Part shown: positions 1 through 10,099 of the stretch, piece after piece
How positions within the stretch are numbered: position 1 is the stretch's first letter
Layout: every line of letters begins with the position of its first letter
NCBI GenBank assembly: GCA_965222115.1
Contig: CBDCTJ010000007.1
Location: 192,001-256,000, forward strand
Direction: 5' to 3'
Source of the DNA: Planctomycetota bacterium
Lineage (GTDB): Bacteria; Planctomycetota; PLA2; JAEUHO01
Length of the DNA: 64,000 nt
Program-made: the position numbers and the translations under genes
The notes under the pieces: generated by a model
Told to the model about the DNA's origin: nothing
Seen by the model: the letters and a program-made list of their open reading frames with translations, nothing else
Databases searched by the model: none

Positions 1-646
1 GATCACTGCCAAGCCGTTTGGCGGAGACGTTTGGTGCCCTGGACCCTACGGAAGGCGCACCATCACGGACGGCCTTGCCCGACACGGCCGATAACCACTC
101 CTCGCGATCCAATACGCCGTCACCATTCTTGTCGGACCGCTCGTGAAACGCCTTCCACTCGTCAGCCGAGATCTTCTTGTCGCGGTTGGTGTCTAGTCGC
201 TGAGCCGAGAGGGTGTTATTCGCACGCCGCGTCGCGCCGCGTTGCCCTTGGCGAGGTGAATTGCCGGCCCGCGACCTCACCGCATCCAAATCCTGCTTGG
301 AGATGGCACCATCGCCGTCGACGTCGATACGATCAAAGTTGCGCTGCATGCGCCCCTCAACTTCGTCGCGCGTGATCTTTCCATCGCCATTCTTGTCGAA
401 TCGTTCGGCGAAGCGCTCCCAATTGGGCACGCGGCCACGCATGCGCGCGTCACGGTCACGTCCACGGTTCTTGCGCGGCGGCTGACTCTCGGGCGTGGGT
501 TCTGACTCAGGAGAATCGGACTGCGGCGACCCAGTTCCCGGCAACTCGCTGCCAGGCGACGGCTCGCCGCCAGGCGGCACGCCATCTTCGGCAAACGCCA
601 TGCATGAGAATGAGAATGCCAAAATCAGAATCGTGAAGATACGCAT
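1..646 (-). CDS. Secreted EF-hand protein, probably fused to a downstream thioredoxin/deiodinase-like domain (3' part outside window; absent from the ORF track)
   Basis: Manual translation from ATG at 646: signal peptide MRIFTILILAFSFSCMAFA, four EF-hand loops (DKNGDGKITRDE, DVDGDGAISKQD, DTNRDKKISADE, DKNGDGVLDREE), then APSVGSRAPNVSAKRL. Frame is open to the window edge. Confidence 0.85.
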   Translation of the reverse strand, partial: MRIFTILILAFSFSCMAFAEDGVPPGGEPSPGSELPGTGSPQSDSPESEPTPESQPPRKNRGRDRDARMRGRVPNWERFAERFDKNGDGKITRDEVEGRMQRNFDRIDVDGDGAISKQDLDAVRSRAGNSPRQGQRGATRRANNTLSAQRLDTNRDKKISADEWKAFHERSDKNGDGVLDREEWLSAVSGKAVRDGAPSVGSRAPNVSAKRLGSD

Positions 647-688
647 ATCGCTTGAACCCCAAGGCGCCCCATGAGTTCCGGGGACATA

Positions 689-1312
689 CTACCGGCGACG
701 TTTGAGACTTCCTCGCAGCAGCGTATCGAGAACCTGCTTCGAGTAGACGTCGTGTTCGGTTTCCTCCAAGTCGAGCGGGCGCAGGACCGCCGCCCCCAAT
801 CCAAGCTGGAGCATCAAAAACCCCGCCGTGGTAGGCGAGAGGCCGCGCCGAAGCGGTGCAGTCGTAAACACTTCGGCCAACCGCTCTCCGAGTGCACGCA
901 CAACGGCTGCGGCTTCTGCTTGCAGATTTTCGTTGCCATCGGTGGCACGCGAGGCGGCGAGCACGATCCCCAGTTCCGCGCGACGACGATCCAAAAGCGC
1001 GGGTAGCGCATTGGCGAGCGCCCGCATGCGGGTGTGGGAGGTGCGTTTGCCCTCAAGCGCGGCGTCTAACTCCCGAAGTACGCGTGTGCCGGCTTCTTGG
1101 AGCGCGGCAACGAACAGCGCCTCTTTGTCATCGAAATGGCGATAGAGGATGGGTTCGGACACGCCACAGGCCGCAGCAATCTCGCGTGTGCCGGTGGCGG
1201 TAAGTCCCCCGGCAGCAAAGAGTGGTAGCGCGGCGTCAAGGATCTGTTTGCTTCGCTCAGCGGCAGGCAGGCGGCGGGGTGTCGATGACGGGTTGATTTT
1301 TCGGCTGGACAT
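689..1312 (-). CDS. TetR/AcrR family transcriptional regulator
   Basis: N-terminal HTH: ILDAALPLFAAGGLTATGTREIAAACGVSEPILYRHFDDKEALF. Confidence 0.95.
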   Translation of the reverse strand: MSSRKINPSSTPRRLPAAERSKQILDAALPLFAAGGLTATGTREIAAACGVSEPILYRHFDDKEALFVAALQEAGTRVLRELDAALEGKRTSHTRMRALANALPALLDRRRAELGIVLAASRATDGNENLQAEAAAVVRALGERLAEVFTTAPLRRGLSPTTAGFLMLQLGLGAAVLRPLDLEETEHDVYSKQVLDTLLRGSLKRRR

Positions 1313-1315
1313 TTG

Positions 1316-1354
1316 GTTAGCATACGCTAACTTATGTTGTTAGCAAATGCTAAC
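1316..1354. promoter_or_regulatory. Two tandem palindromic operators GTTAGC-N4-GCTAAC (probable TetR sites)
   Basis: GTTAGCATACGCTAAC at 1316-1331 and GTTAGCAAATGCTAAC at 1339-1354, in the 65-bp gap between the divergent tetR and DUF2339 genes. Confidence 0.8.
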
Positions 1355-1377
1355 CACATCAGGAACGGGAGTCAACG

Positions 1378-3978
1378 ATGGACCCCTCCACCGAAAAGAC
1401 GATTCGCCAACTCACTCAGCGCATCGAAGTGCTGGAGCGTGCCGTGGGGATTCAACAGGCTTTTCCGGCGCGCCCCGCGCCAGCTCCTACGGAATCCAAG
1501 AAGTACGTGGCCCCCACCATCAAGCGCGCGCGCCTGGCGATATCGCCTGAGCCGAAGAGGGCTTCTGCGCCCACGCGAAGCAAGCCACTCGCGCTCACAC
1601 CACCCGCTCCCCAAGCCGAGTCTCCCACGAAGGCGCCCGCCCGTCGCGATCTCGAGAATCTCTTGGGTGCCGCCGTGCTCGGTCGCTTGGGTATCGCGGC
1701 AGTCGTCCTCGCCGCAGGCTACTTCGCGCAACTGGCCTATCGACACATGAACGACGTGTCCAAAGTGTTTGCGCTCTACGGGTTGTCTGCACTCTTCTGT
1801 GGGCTTGGCGTCTGGCTCAAGAAGCGCGCGCCGCGTTCTTACGTCGCCTTGATGTGGGGTGGCGCACTCGCGATTGCCTACATTGCGGGCGTAGCGGCGC
1901 GCTTGCGGTATGACCTCGTTTCCATGCCCGTGGGCTTACTGCTCTTGGTGGCAGCATCGTTCTACGGATTGCTACTCGCCTACAAGCTCAAACACAAAAC
2001 GCTCGCTACCGTCGCACTGGCAGGCGCCTTTGCCGCGCCGTTACTCGTGGGCTCAACCTTAAACAAACCGTGGTTCCTCTGTGCCTACCTACTGTTGTTG
2101 CACACCGGCTCGGCGTGGTTCGAACGCAAATGGAAATGGGAAAGCGCACGCATTGTCGGTGTCGTCGGCACGATCCTCGTTGCCCTCGTTTGGCTCAACA
2201 GCCACGGCCGTGTGGATGCGACGACGTATGTGTGTAGCTACCTGTACATCGCCGGGCTGATGGCCCCGGAATGGCTGCGCGCCATGAAGGGCGAGAAACC
2301 AACCGAATCACAATGGGGAGCCATCACGCTGCTGCTCTTGATTGCGTGTGGCGCCTTGTGGATCTACTCAGGGCTAGCAAACCGAATGATGGAATCCACG
2401 TCAATTGCAGGCGGTGTACTCGTGCTGAGCGCGCTCGCCATGCCCCGGCAACGATTTAGAGGCGTTGGCTTGCAGCAGGTCTTCGGCACCATCGGGTTGC
2501 TGCTTCTGGCCATTGGAACGCCGCTGCTACACAAGTCGTTCGGCGTCCAGGCGATATCGGGAAGCGTGTTTACAACCTACGTTGCGGCTACCATCGGCGT
2601 CCTGGCATGGTTGCTGCGCGGACGATTGCGGCTTTCGTACGCCGTGTGTGGTTTTGCAGTCACACTCGCTGTCGTTGCCATTCTCTGGAAGCGTCAAGCG
2701 ACGTTTCAACTTCTTCCGGGACTGGCCGCGGGTGTGCCGATTGCGCTTTTGGTGCTCGCGCGTTCCAGTACCGCCAGCGTGTATGGCATGCTGCTCGGAC
2801 TGTTGCTGCTCTTTGGGTATGGCACGCACTACCGTCAACCCGACTCGCTTTCACTCTTGCTCGCACTTGCCGCGGTATTCACCTCGGCGGTGATGATCGT
2901 TGGTCGAGCACGGCGGTATCGACTTGTCATGAACTACAGCGCGGGCGCGCTCGTCGCTGTATGTGGCGCCTGGATCGTCCTGTGGCTCAAAGGCATGTTT
3001 GGACCCACCACGACCAAGCTCGTTTCGCAACCAAGCCTTGCGGCTTGGACCATCGCAGCAATCACAATCTTCAATCTCACGGTATCCCGCGCATGGCTAC
3101 GCTTGCCACGACTACGACCCAACGCACGGGCTGCCTTGTGGCTGGCAGTCGTTGCGTTGCTCTATGCCGCTGTTCGTCGGGAAGTGGTGGATTGGCGAGT
3201 CTACGACGCAGCATCCAAGGGACTGGCCATCTCATGCACACTCGGCGTGGCCGCGATGGTGCTGGCAGTCTTTGCGCACTTACGCAACGCGCGTTTCGCG
3301 TCCGGACTTTCGCTCGTTTTCTTGGCGTGGGCCGCCGTGCGTGCCTGGCTCGACGTCTCCCTCGAACGATCGGAACTGACCAGCGCGCTGCAACTGGCTT
3401 GCATCGCGATTCCTGTTGTGGCTTCCACCATGCTTATGCCACGCATTGGTAGAGCGCTGTATTGGCTGCTGCCGAGTTCGCTCGTCCTCGCGGGCGTTAC
3501 ATGGTGCGCGGTCGCCATCACTCAAGACCCAACGGCACGTCCACTCAATCCCGTGTTCCTCTCAGGTATTGGTCTGGTCTCCGCATCGAGCGTTTCACTA
3601 CTACGCACGCGCTGGCGCTCCGCGCGCATCGACATCACGGTCGTCCTTATCTTCCTGTTCGCCTACATCGTGGGCGCAACCGAGCTCAAGCTACACACCC
3701 GCAACATCGGCGACTGGAGTCGCGTACTCATGAGCCTCTACACGGCCATATTCGCCGGCATAACGCTCGCCATTGGTTTCGCCAAGCGCATCCCAGCCGC
3801 GCGCTACCTCGCGCTTACGGGCTTCGGCCTTGTTGCACTCAAAGTTGGGCTCTACGACCTCGCCAACTCCCCTACGCCCTTACGCATTCTCGTGACGGGT
3901 GGCCTCGGCGCCGTCTTCTTGGTGGCGGCGTATGCGTATGCGCGCGTCGGAGACGCGTCGAGTAGACGGAGGTCCTGA
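1378..3978 (+). CDS. DUF2339 family polytopic membrane protein
   Basis: N-terminal coiled coil, Pro-rich linker, motif LENLLGAAVLGRLGIAAVVLAAGYF, >20 hydrophobic segments, C-terminal LKVGLYDLAN..RI. Confidence 0.85.
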   Translation: MDPSTEKTIRQLTQRIEVLERAVGIQQAFPARPAPAPTESKKYVAPTIKRARLAISPEPKRASAPTRSKPLALTPPAPQAESPTKAPARRDLENLLGAAVLGRLGIAAVVLAAGYFAQLAYRHMNDVSKVFALYGLSALFCGLGVWLKKRAPRSYVALMWGGALAIAYIAGVAARLRYDLVSMPVGLLLLVAASFYGLLLAYKLKHKTLATVALAGAFAAPLLVGSTLNKPWFLCAYLLLLHTGSAWFERKWKWESARIVGVVGTILVALVWLNSHGRVDATTYVCSYLYIAGLMAPEWLRAMKGEKPTESQWGAITLLLLIACGALWIYSGLANRMMESTSIAGGVLVLSALAMPRQRFRGVGLQQVFGTIGLLLLAIGTPLLHKSFGVQAISGSVFTTYVAATIGVLAWLLRGRLRLSYAVCGFAVTLAVVAILWKRQATFQLLPGLAAGVPIALLVLARSSTASVYGMLLGLLLLFGYGTHYRQPDSLSLLLALAAVFTSAVMIVGRARRYRLVMNYSAGALVAVCGAWIVLWLKGMFGPTTTKLVSQPSLAAWTIAAITIFNLTVSRAWLRLPRLRPNARAALWLAVVALLYAAVRREVVDWRVYDAASKGLAISCTLGVAAMVLAVFAHLRNARFASGLSLVFLAWAAVRAWLDVSLERSELTSALQLACIAIPVVASTMLMPRIGRALYWLLPSSLVLAGVTWCAVAITQDPTARPLNPVFLSGIGLVSASSVSLLRTRWRSARIDITVVLIFLFAYIVGATELKLHTRNIGDWSRVLMSLYTAIFAGITLAIGFAKRIPAARYLALTGFGLVALKVGLYDLANSPTPLRILVTGGLGAVFLVAAYAYARVGDASSRRRS

Positions 3979-4125
3979 CAGAAGAAACCAAGAAAGTGCT
4001 CGCGCTGCGAACCCGCATTTCCTAGGGTTCGGTTCTACGTTGATCGCAATGAGGCACGCATACTCCGTGTTTTGGATGGTGAGAGTTCTACGTGCTGGGT
4101 TTGCGAGTATCGTCTAGGAGGCAAA

Positions 4126-4812
4126 ATGACTCATCAACCGCTCGACGTCAATACGATGGTTGAAATCCTGCAAAATGGCGCCGTCGTCGGCTGGGGATTT
4201 GCCACGTCGCTCCCACCGCACGACACTACGCAGTTGAGTCTCCATGAACAGCGATGGCTTCTCAAGTCGAGCTACCAGCACGTTCCCAATATGAGTACGG
4301 AGATGAACTGGCGTCTGGCATCCCATCAATCGGTCATTACGTCGGTAGCCGAGTTCTTGAGCTGGGCGATGTCGCAGTTCAGTGCGGGCGATCGCTATCT
4401 AAAGGCCCTGTCGGCCACCTATGCGGTGCCGTCCAATCCGGTATCGCCCACCGCGGCACCACTCATGGGTCCAGGCTTTCCACAACCACCGGTTCACGCG
4501 AAAAGGGAATTGGACACCGGAACCGTAATCGTGATTTACAACACCCTGCCGTGCGCCAACGTGTATACCGAGTCGTCGTCGAATCAGTCGTCGGAGTTCT
4601 GGGCGTATGGGTCTCAATTCAGTACGCCACAGCAAACGCCGCTTGTCTTCCAACGAAGCAGTGTGCCGTCCCAACCTTCCGCGCATGCATTCGTACAAGA
4701 CGCCGTAATCCATGGGCTGCTAAACGATCAAGGGCTTCGCTTTGCGATGCCAGACTCCTTTGGGTGCGTGATGAGTAACTGGTACGAGTCGGTCCAAGCC
4801 GGTGAATCATAG
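4126..4812 (+). CDS. Hypothetical protein with an internal two-fold duplication
   Basis: AGGAGG RBS before ATG 4126. The two halves align (LDVNTMVEIL/LDTGTVIVIY, EQRWLLKSSY/SEFWAYGSQF, SVAEFLSWA/SAHAFVQDA). Confidence 0.7.
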   Translation: MTHQPLDVNTMVEILQNGAVVGWGFATSLPPHDTTQLSLHEQRWLLKSSYQHVPNMSTEMNWRLASHQSVITSVAEFLSWAMSQFSAGDRYLKALSATYAVPSNPVSPTAAPLMGPGFPQPPVHAKRELDTGTVIVIYNTLPCANVYTESSSNQSSEFWAYGSQFSTPQQTPLVFQRSSVPSQPSAHAFVQDAVIHGLLNDQGLRFAMPDSFGCVMSNWYESVQAGES

Positions 4813-4869
4813 TTTTCACCTACCACTGGTGTTAGTTGCGCGGCTCGGTCTAGCGGCGCAACGCTTTCT

Positions 4870-7491
4870 GTGGGGAGCAGCAGGGAATTGAAGTCCGCTC
4901 TCATCTCGGGCCGCTACCGACTTGAGTCTCAATTGGGACGTGGAAGTTTCGGCGTGGTCTGGCGTGGGCACGACGAGTTGGTGGATGAGCCCGTTGCAGT
5001 CAAGCTCATGCCGCGCGTCACTGGGGAAGACGGTGTTCGGCTTAGGGCCGAGATCTCCGCACTTCGACTCTTACAACTTCCAGGCGCCGTACGACTCATT
5101 GATGAGGGGCAAGCTGAAGATCAGACGTTCATCGTGATGGAAATCGTACCGGGCGAACCCTTCCCAAAGCACGCCTCGGGTGGTTGGGCGGAGATTGGCG
5201 ACACCGTTCTTGCGCTCCTTGAAGCCTTAGCGCGAGTCCACGCCCAGGGCATCGTGCATCAAGATCTAAAACCCGATAACGTTCTGGTTGATGACCGGGG
5301 ACGACCGACCATCTTGGACTTCGGCTTTTCGGCAGGCCGGGCGTTTCGCGCGGGACGGCAGCAAACAGTCCTGGGGACGCCACGGTATGCATCGCCCGAA
5401 CAGATTCTGAACGAAGTCGTCACGGCACGTTCCGATTTGTACTCGGTGGCATTGATGGTCTATCACGCGCTAGCGGGCACATTCCCTCATCCAGCAAGCA
5501 CGTTGTCTGAAATTATTCAATCTCGAACGCGAGACACCTCGCGTCCGTTACGCGAGCGTGCGTCCAATGTGCCGGAACATGTGGCCACCGTCATCGACGC
5601 CATGTTGCAACGTGACCCAGAGAAACGACCGCAAAGCGCAGCTGTTTGTGCCAATCAACTGCGAGGCATGACGCCTTCGGGCCAAGCCAACCCGTTGCGT
5701 GCTCTATGCAAATCGTCGACGAGCACAGACCTCTCGGAGGCTGCACTTCGCGATCTGTTCTCCGGGCCCGATCGGCTCTTTCACTTGCGTGAAGACGGCG
5801 CTCGTGAGCTCTTTCGCCGGACATTGGGCGCGCCGCAACACACGAGCAATGAGGTCGGTGCGTGGGTGCGTGCCGGCCTAGCCGAATGGAACAATGACGT
5901 GCTGGACATCGACCGCCGAGCGCTGGACCGTCTACGAGGGGGACTCCAAGTACTTGTGCCCGGGCACGTGCCAACCACCGAAACTAGTTCGCTAAATGAA
6001 GACCAGGATCGACTGCTTGGTTGGGTGACGTTGGCATGGCCGCAAGCGCGGCTCGATGTGTTGGCCGCCGCAAGCGAGCGAGCAACCTCTGAGTTGAGCA
6101 ACGATTTGGAAGATCTCGTTTCGCGTGGCGCGATTCGTCGTTTCGAGCCGGAGGGGTATCTCGCTGTGGCCTCCTCGCGCTGCCTTGAACGGTCCGACGA
6201 GCGAAGCCGCATGCATCATGCATTGGCGCGTGTGTTGCCAGCGAACCTCCCGGAAAGACTGTTTCACGTGTTGCGGAGCGGCGAGGCGCACCACGTGGCG
6301 GAGCAAGCGTGCCATTCAGCCGATTCGCTAGAGCGCTCTGGGCACCCGAGCGCCGCAGAAGTGGCGCTGGATGCAGCATTCCTCAGGCTCCGCGACGAGC
6401 CGATCGATGATCGGGCGATGCTCGCGTTATGCCAACATCGAGTTCGCGTCGCGGTGGCACAAAACGCACCCGCGGCCCTCGACCGAGCGCTCTACGCAAT
6501 GAGTCGATTGACAGGTTCAGATCCTGAAATCGAACGCTTGACCGAACTTCTGCGTGCCGCAATCGCCGCCATGCAGACGGATAGTGCCCGCGCGCTTGCC
6601 GCGCTCGATGCCGTCGGCGAGTTTGAAGACATTCAAATCGAGCTCGTTCGCCTATCGCTGCGCATGCTCGCTGCACGGTATGGGACGCTTGAGCGCGAAG
6701 ATCGAGTCCTTTCAGATATATCTGCTTCGGCGAATTTGAGAGATCCCGCCACCCATCATGCGGTGCTTTCTTGGAAGGCCCATCTTGCGTATCGACAAGG
6801 GCGATTTGAAGAATCTGCCGCACTTCATCAGCGTGTAGCAGACGGGACCAAGGGAAACGTCCGGTTGGCCGCACTTACCGCTGCGGTGTCGGCGCTGCTT
6901 GAGACGTTCCGTTTCGACGAGGCCTTTGCCCTTGCCACGCGCGCCCGTGAGCAGGCCGCCGCGCGCCGACATCCTTTGCTAGAGGGTCGTGCCACATGGC
7001 TAAGTCGTGCTGCGCTGTACCGATCGGGACAATCGTTGCAGCCTGATGTCGCGCTCGTCGATGCGATGGCTCAAGCGGCCGACCGCAGTCAGGTCGCGTT
7101 GGTGGCATTGACCGAAGCGGCCATCGCGTGGCGCGAGAGTATTCATGATGTTGGGCGTACGTTGGCCATGCGCGCGGCAGGGTTGTGGGCCACGTGTGGC
7201 ATCGACCATGGGAGTGCCCTTGCTACCGCGCTGGCGCTAGTCTGTGGTGAGCCGCGAGACGAGGTCGATGTAGGACGAATTGAGAAAGTCGCACTGCAGT
7301 GCACGATGCCGCGCATTGCTGCTCAGATCGTGGGCCTCCTCGCCGCATCGGGTGAGACCGTGCGCGATGCATGGGCCACGTCCGTGAACGCCTTCACCGA
7401 TCAATGTGCTGAAAGCACCCGCCACCACCGTGCCGACGTGATCTCCGCAAACGAATCGCGTAGCTTTCTTGGCCTTGACGTCGCGCGCTAG
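4870..7491 (+). CDS. Hanks-type Ser/Thr protein kinase with a long helical/TPR-like C-terminal region
   Basis: LGRGSFGVVW, VAVK, HQDLKPDN, DFG, GTPRYASPE, SDLYS; C-terminus is Ala/Leu-rich helical repeats. Confidence 0.93.
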   Translation: MGSSRELKSALISGRYRLESQLGRGSFGVVWRGHDELVDEPVAVKLMPRVTGEDGVRLRAEISALRLLQLPGAVRLIDEGQAEDQTFIVMEIVPGEPFPKHASGGWAEIGDTVLALLEALARVHAQGIVHQDLKPDNVLVDDRGRPTILDFGFSAGRAFRAGRQQTVLGTPRYASPEQILNEVVTARSDLYSVALMVYHALAGTFPHPASTLSEIIQSRTRDTSRPLRERASNVPEHVATVIDAMLQRDPEKRPQSAAVCANQLRGMTPSGQANPLRALCKSSTSTDLSEAALRDLFSGPDRLFHLREDGARELFRRTLGAPQHTSNEVGAWVRAGLAEWNNDVLDIDRRALDRLRGGLQVLVPGHVPTTETSSLNEDQDRLLGWVTLAWPQARLDVLAAASERATSELSNDLEDLVSRGAIRRFEPEGYLAVASSRCLERSDERSRMHHALARVLPANLPERLFHVLRSGEAHHVAEQACHSADSLERSGHPSAAEVALDAAFLRLRDEPIDDRAMLALCQHRVRVAVAQNAPAALDRALYAMSRLTGSDPEIERLTELLRAAIAAMQTDSARALAALDAVGEFEDIQIELVRLSLRMLAARYGTLEREDRVLSDISASANLRDPATHHAVLSWKAHLAYRQGRFEESAALHQRVADGTKGNVRLAALTAAVSALLETFRFDEAFALATRAREQAAARRHPLLEGRATWLSRAALYRSGQSLQPDVALVDAMAQAADRSQVALVALTEAAIAWRESIHDVGRTLAMRAAGLWATCGIDHGSALATALALVCGEPRDEVDVGRIEKVALQCTMPRIAAQIVGLLAASGETVRDAWATSVNAFTDQCAESTRHHRADVISANESRSFLGLDVAR

Positions 7492-7657
7492 ACACCCAGC
7501 TCCGATTCCACGTGAGACGGCCTTACAGTCAATGTGCTAAGTGAGCCGCCAAGCGCGTCGTGACAGTGCGCCCCTTGACGATCGCTCCGCCGTGGGTGGC
7601 TGGGCACAGCGAGTTGCATAGCTGAATCGTGTGAATTGGGTCCCACTCCGTATGCCT

Positions 7658-8656
7658 CTATTCACGATCCAAATCAATAGTCACTTTCGTGTGGGTGTCT
7701 ATGTAGACCGCACGCTTTCCAAAATATTGCTGTCCCTGTTCGCCGTGGGCGCGCGCTGAGAACGTCCACTCGCCAGGCCAGACTCGAACGACAGAGGAGT
7801 CCGAAACGGAACCGAGCGAAATAGCGCCACTCTTCGCAAGTATGGAGACTGACCTTCGTTGCACGGGCTGTCTTGATAAGACTACGACTCGTACAAGTAT
7901 CGGTTCTACCAGTCGTATCTGAGCGCGACCGTTGCGGGGTTCTTCGCAAATTCCAACGAGGGCACTATCGATGTCGATCCGCCCAATGCCGGAAAAGACT
8001 TCGGCGTGCGCATAGAGCTCGACCGGTTCATCAGGTACCGCGATAGAAAAGTTTCCGCTTGTGTCAATTAGAGACGAGTTTACGAATCCGCCACCGAACG
8101 CGGCGACTCGGCCTCCCCAATGCTGCCACGTCTCTTCCGGCGGAAGCACGACGCGTCCGAAAATCATCCTGCCTGGTCGAAGGGTCACTACTTGTAGGCC
8201 ACGACTAGACCTGGCATCTTGTATCCAGCCGATCTTGGTCTTACCGATCGCTTGAACAAGGATTGTGGCCCGGTGATAGCCACTTGGGAAACGGCCGCTC
8301 CACGGCTCTGGGCCGATGAGATGCTTTCTAGGTGGTGCGATTGGCAATCCTGTGTCTTGTTCTAAGAGGACTATCTCCGCCCATAATCCGGCTTGTACTC
8401 CATCAACACGAATACGAAGTACGTTAGATGTCACGTCGGCTGAGGCAGGCATCTCCCCCGGAACAACTTGCTTGTGGTCGGAGGCCTGAAGCAACGGATG
8501 GGGAGTGTGACCCAGTAAGACGGGCCGCTCGTCGTCCTCATCAGAACTCGCCATCAGCCCTGAGGCGCTGTCATCTTCATCCGCCGGGGTCTCGATACGA
8601 TCCAAAGCAATGCACGCAAGGCAAATGGTCAGGACTATGGCGAGAATCTTGCGCAA
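7658..8656 (-). CDS. N-terminally anchored hypothetical protein with carboxypeptidase-regulatory-like beta-sandwich repeats
   Basis: Hydrophobic N-terminus ILAIVLTICLACIAL; motifs LRPGRMIFGRVV, DTSGNFSI, VWPGEWTFSA; TTG start uncertain. Confidence 0.6.
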   Translation of the reverse strand: MRKILAIVLTICLACIALDRIETPADEDDSASGLMASSDEDDERPVLLGHTPHPLLQASDHKQVVPGEMPASADVTSNVLRIRVDGVQAGLWAEIVLLEQDTGLPIAPPRKHLIGPEPWSGRFPSGYHRATILVQAIGKTKIGWIQDARSSRGLQVVTLRPGRMIFGRVVLPPEETWQHWGGRVAAFGGGFVNSSLIDTSGNFSIAVPDEPVELYAHAEVFSGIGRIDIDSALVGICEEPRNGRAQIRLVEPILVRVVVLSRQPVQRRSVSILAKSGAISLGSVSDSSVVRVWPGEWTFSARAHGEQGQQYFGKRAVYIDTHTKVTIDLDRE

Positions 8657-8721
8657 TAGCGGTCTCCATCACTCCGCCCTTACTAGAGTGATTTGGCAGC
8701 AAGTATAGGCTACATATCTCA

Positions 8722-10077
8722 CTAACCGTTCCGACTGCGCGGTCCATACGGTGCGCTGTCGCCAGAGTGTACATCGGGCTGACGCGCTTCTCCGTCACTT
8801 ACTCTTGTGCCAGTGCCAGAACCGAATCTCGCTGGTCGATTCTGTGAAGGATTAGGCTGCAATGGTGGTCCACCCTTCGGAAACGCAGGCTCGTTGCGTT
8901 GTGCACGATTTGGAGTCCCTCTGGATGGCTGGGGCCATGAATGGAGAAGTTTTACTCCACTTGAACTGACCTCTTGAGCCCATCGAAGTTCGGCCTTCTT
9001 TCCTCCCTTACAGCCACTATATAGTCGGATGACGCCGTACAACTTTCGAGATGCCTCCTTTCCTTCGGACTTCCAAAGACTCCAAAAATTTGGACCGCCG
9101 ATTAGTGCCGGAAAATCACTGTCTGTCGTCTTAGTCAACTTAAGATCCTCGCACCCAACTGAACCGTCCGCACCAGTTCCTCCACCTGCGTCCATAGCCT
9201 CAAGGAAATTCTTCATCTCCCCTTGGGATTGCGATTTTTTTCCACTCTTGACTGGCCAACCCCCCGAGGGCGGCCTCCGCCAAGCCTCGCCAGGCTTCGC
9301 CTTAGGATCAAGGGGATTGACACGCTTGCTCAACTCTGTCCAACTCTCTTTTGGCATATATGAAGGTGATATCAAGGTGCTATATTCCCACCACTGGAAT
9401 TTGCAGGGACAGTACTTCTTGCTAGGCTTCCATCCGAACGAGATTGTTATTCGAACTTCTGACATGTGAGTTCGGCGCGGATCGTCTGGCGGGGGATTGA
9501 ACGTCCCCTTTTTTCCGCTTTTCGTAGAAGGAATCGGCTGAGGCCCAAATTTTACGTGCTCGATCCTGGCATCTTTAATAAAACAACAACAACTCCTCGT
9601 TACACCCGAGCCTGACGACGGACTGCTCGGCATGCTGGGTGCGCTGGATCCAGGTATCGGCTGCTTAGGCTCTTCGGGCTCCTCTTCATCTGGAACCGAT
9701 GTTAGGGGCCCCTTAGGCTTGGGTGGTGGCTTGGGGCTCCCAGGCAGAGTGGTGGGCGCAGGGGGGCTTGAAGGTGGAGTATTTACGCTACCTTCTTCGC
9801 AGTCAGAAAGACCGCGCACAACTGCATACTCAAATCGAGAAGGGTTTATTGAGTCACCTAGCATGCTTCCAGCGTCGGCAGTAGCCCCAACTAGTGCGGA
9901 CAACACTTCGTCGTCTGGTTCGTGGCCAACTCCTCGCCTGAAGTTATCCGCGGTCCTCATCACTCTCCAAAACGGACTCATACCAGCATCGCACGACGCT
10001 TCGCGTATGCTCCAGTTTAAAGCACGGTGCGAGTGCGTATCTGAATCTAGCCCACAAGATTGACAGCCACAAGCCAT
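8722..10077 (-). CDS. Hypothetical Cys/Pro-rich protein
   Basis: 451-aa ORF with GGAG RBS; N-terminal MACGCQSCG, Pro/Ser linker, CCC motif, Lys/Trp-rich C-terminal domain. Confidence 0.7.
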   Translation of the reverse strand: MACGCQSCGLDSDTHSHRALNWSIREASCDAGMSPFWRVMRTADNFRRGVGHEPDDEVLSALVGATADAGSMLGDSINPSRFEYAVVRGLSDCEEGSVNTPPSSPPAPTTLPGSPKPPPKPKGPLTSVPDEEEPEEPKQPIPGSSAPSMPSSPSSGSGVTRSCCCFIKDARIEHVKFGPQPIPSTKSGKKGTFNPPPDDPRRTHMSEVRITISFGWKPSKKYCPCKFQWWEYSTLISPSYMPKESWTELSKRVNPLDPKAKPGEAWRRPPSGGWPVKSGKKSQSQGEMKNFLEAMDAGGGTGADGSVGCEDLKLTKTTDSDFPALIGGPNFWSLWKSEGKEASRKLYGVIRLYSGCKGGKKAELRWAQEVSSSGVKLLHSWPQPSRGTPNRAQRNEPAFPKGGPPLQPNPSQNRPARFGSGTGTRVSDGEARQPDVHSGDSAPYGPRSRNG

Positions 10078-10099
10078 TCGACCACTCCGTTATCATTCA

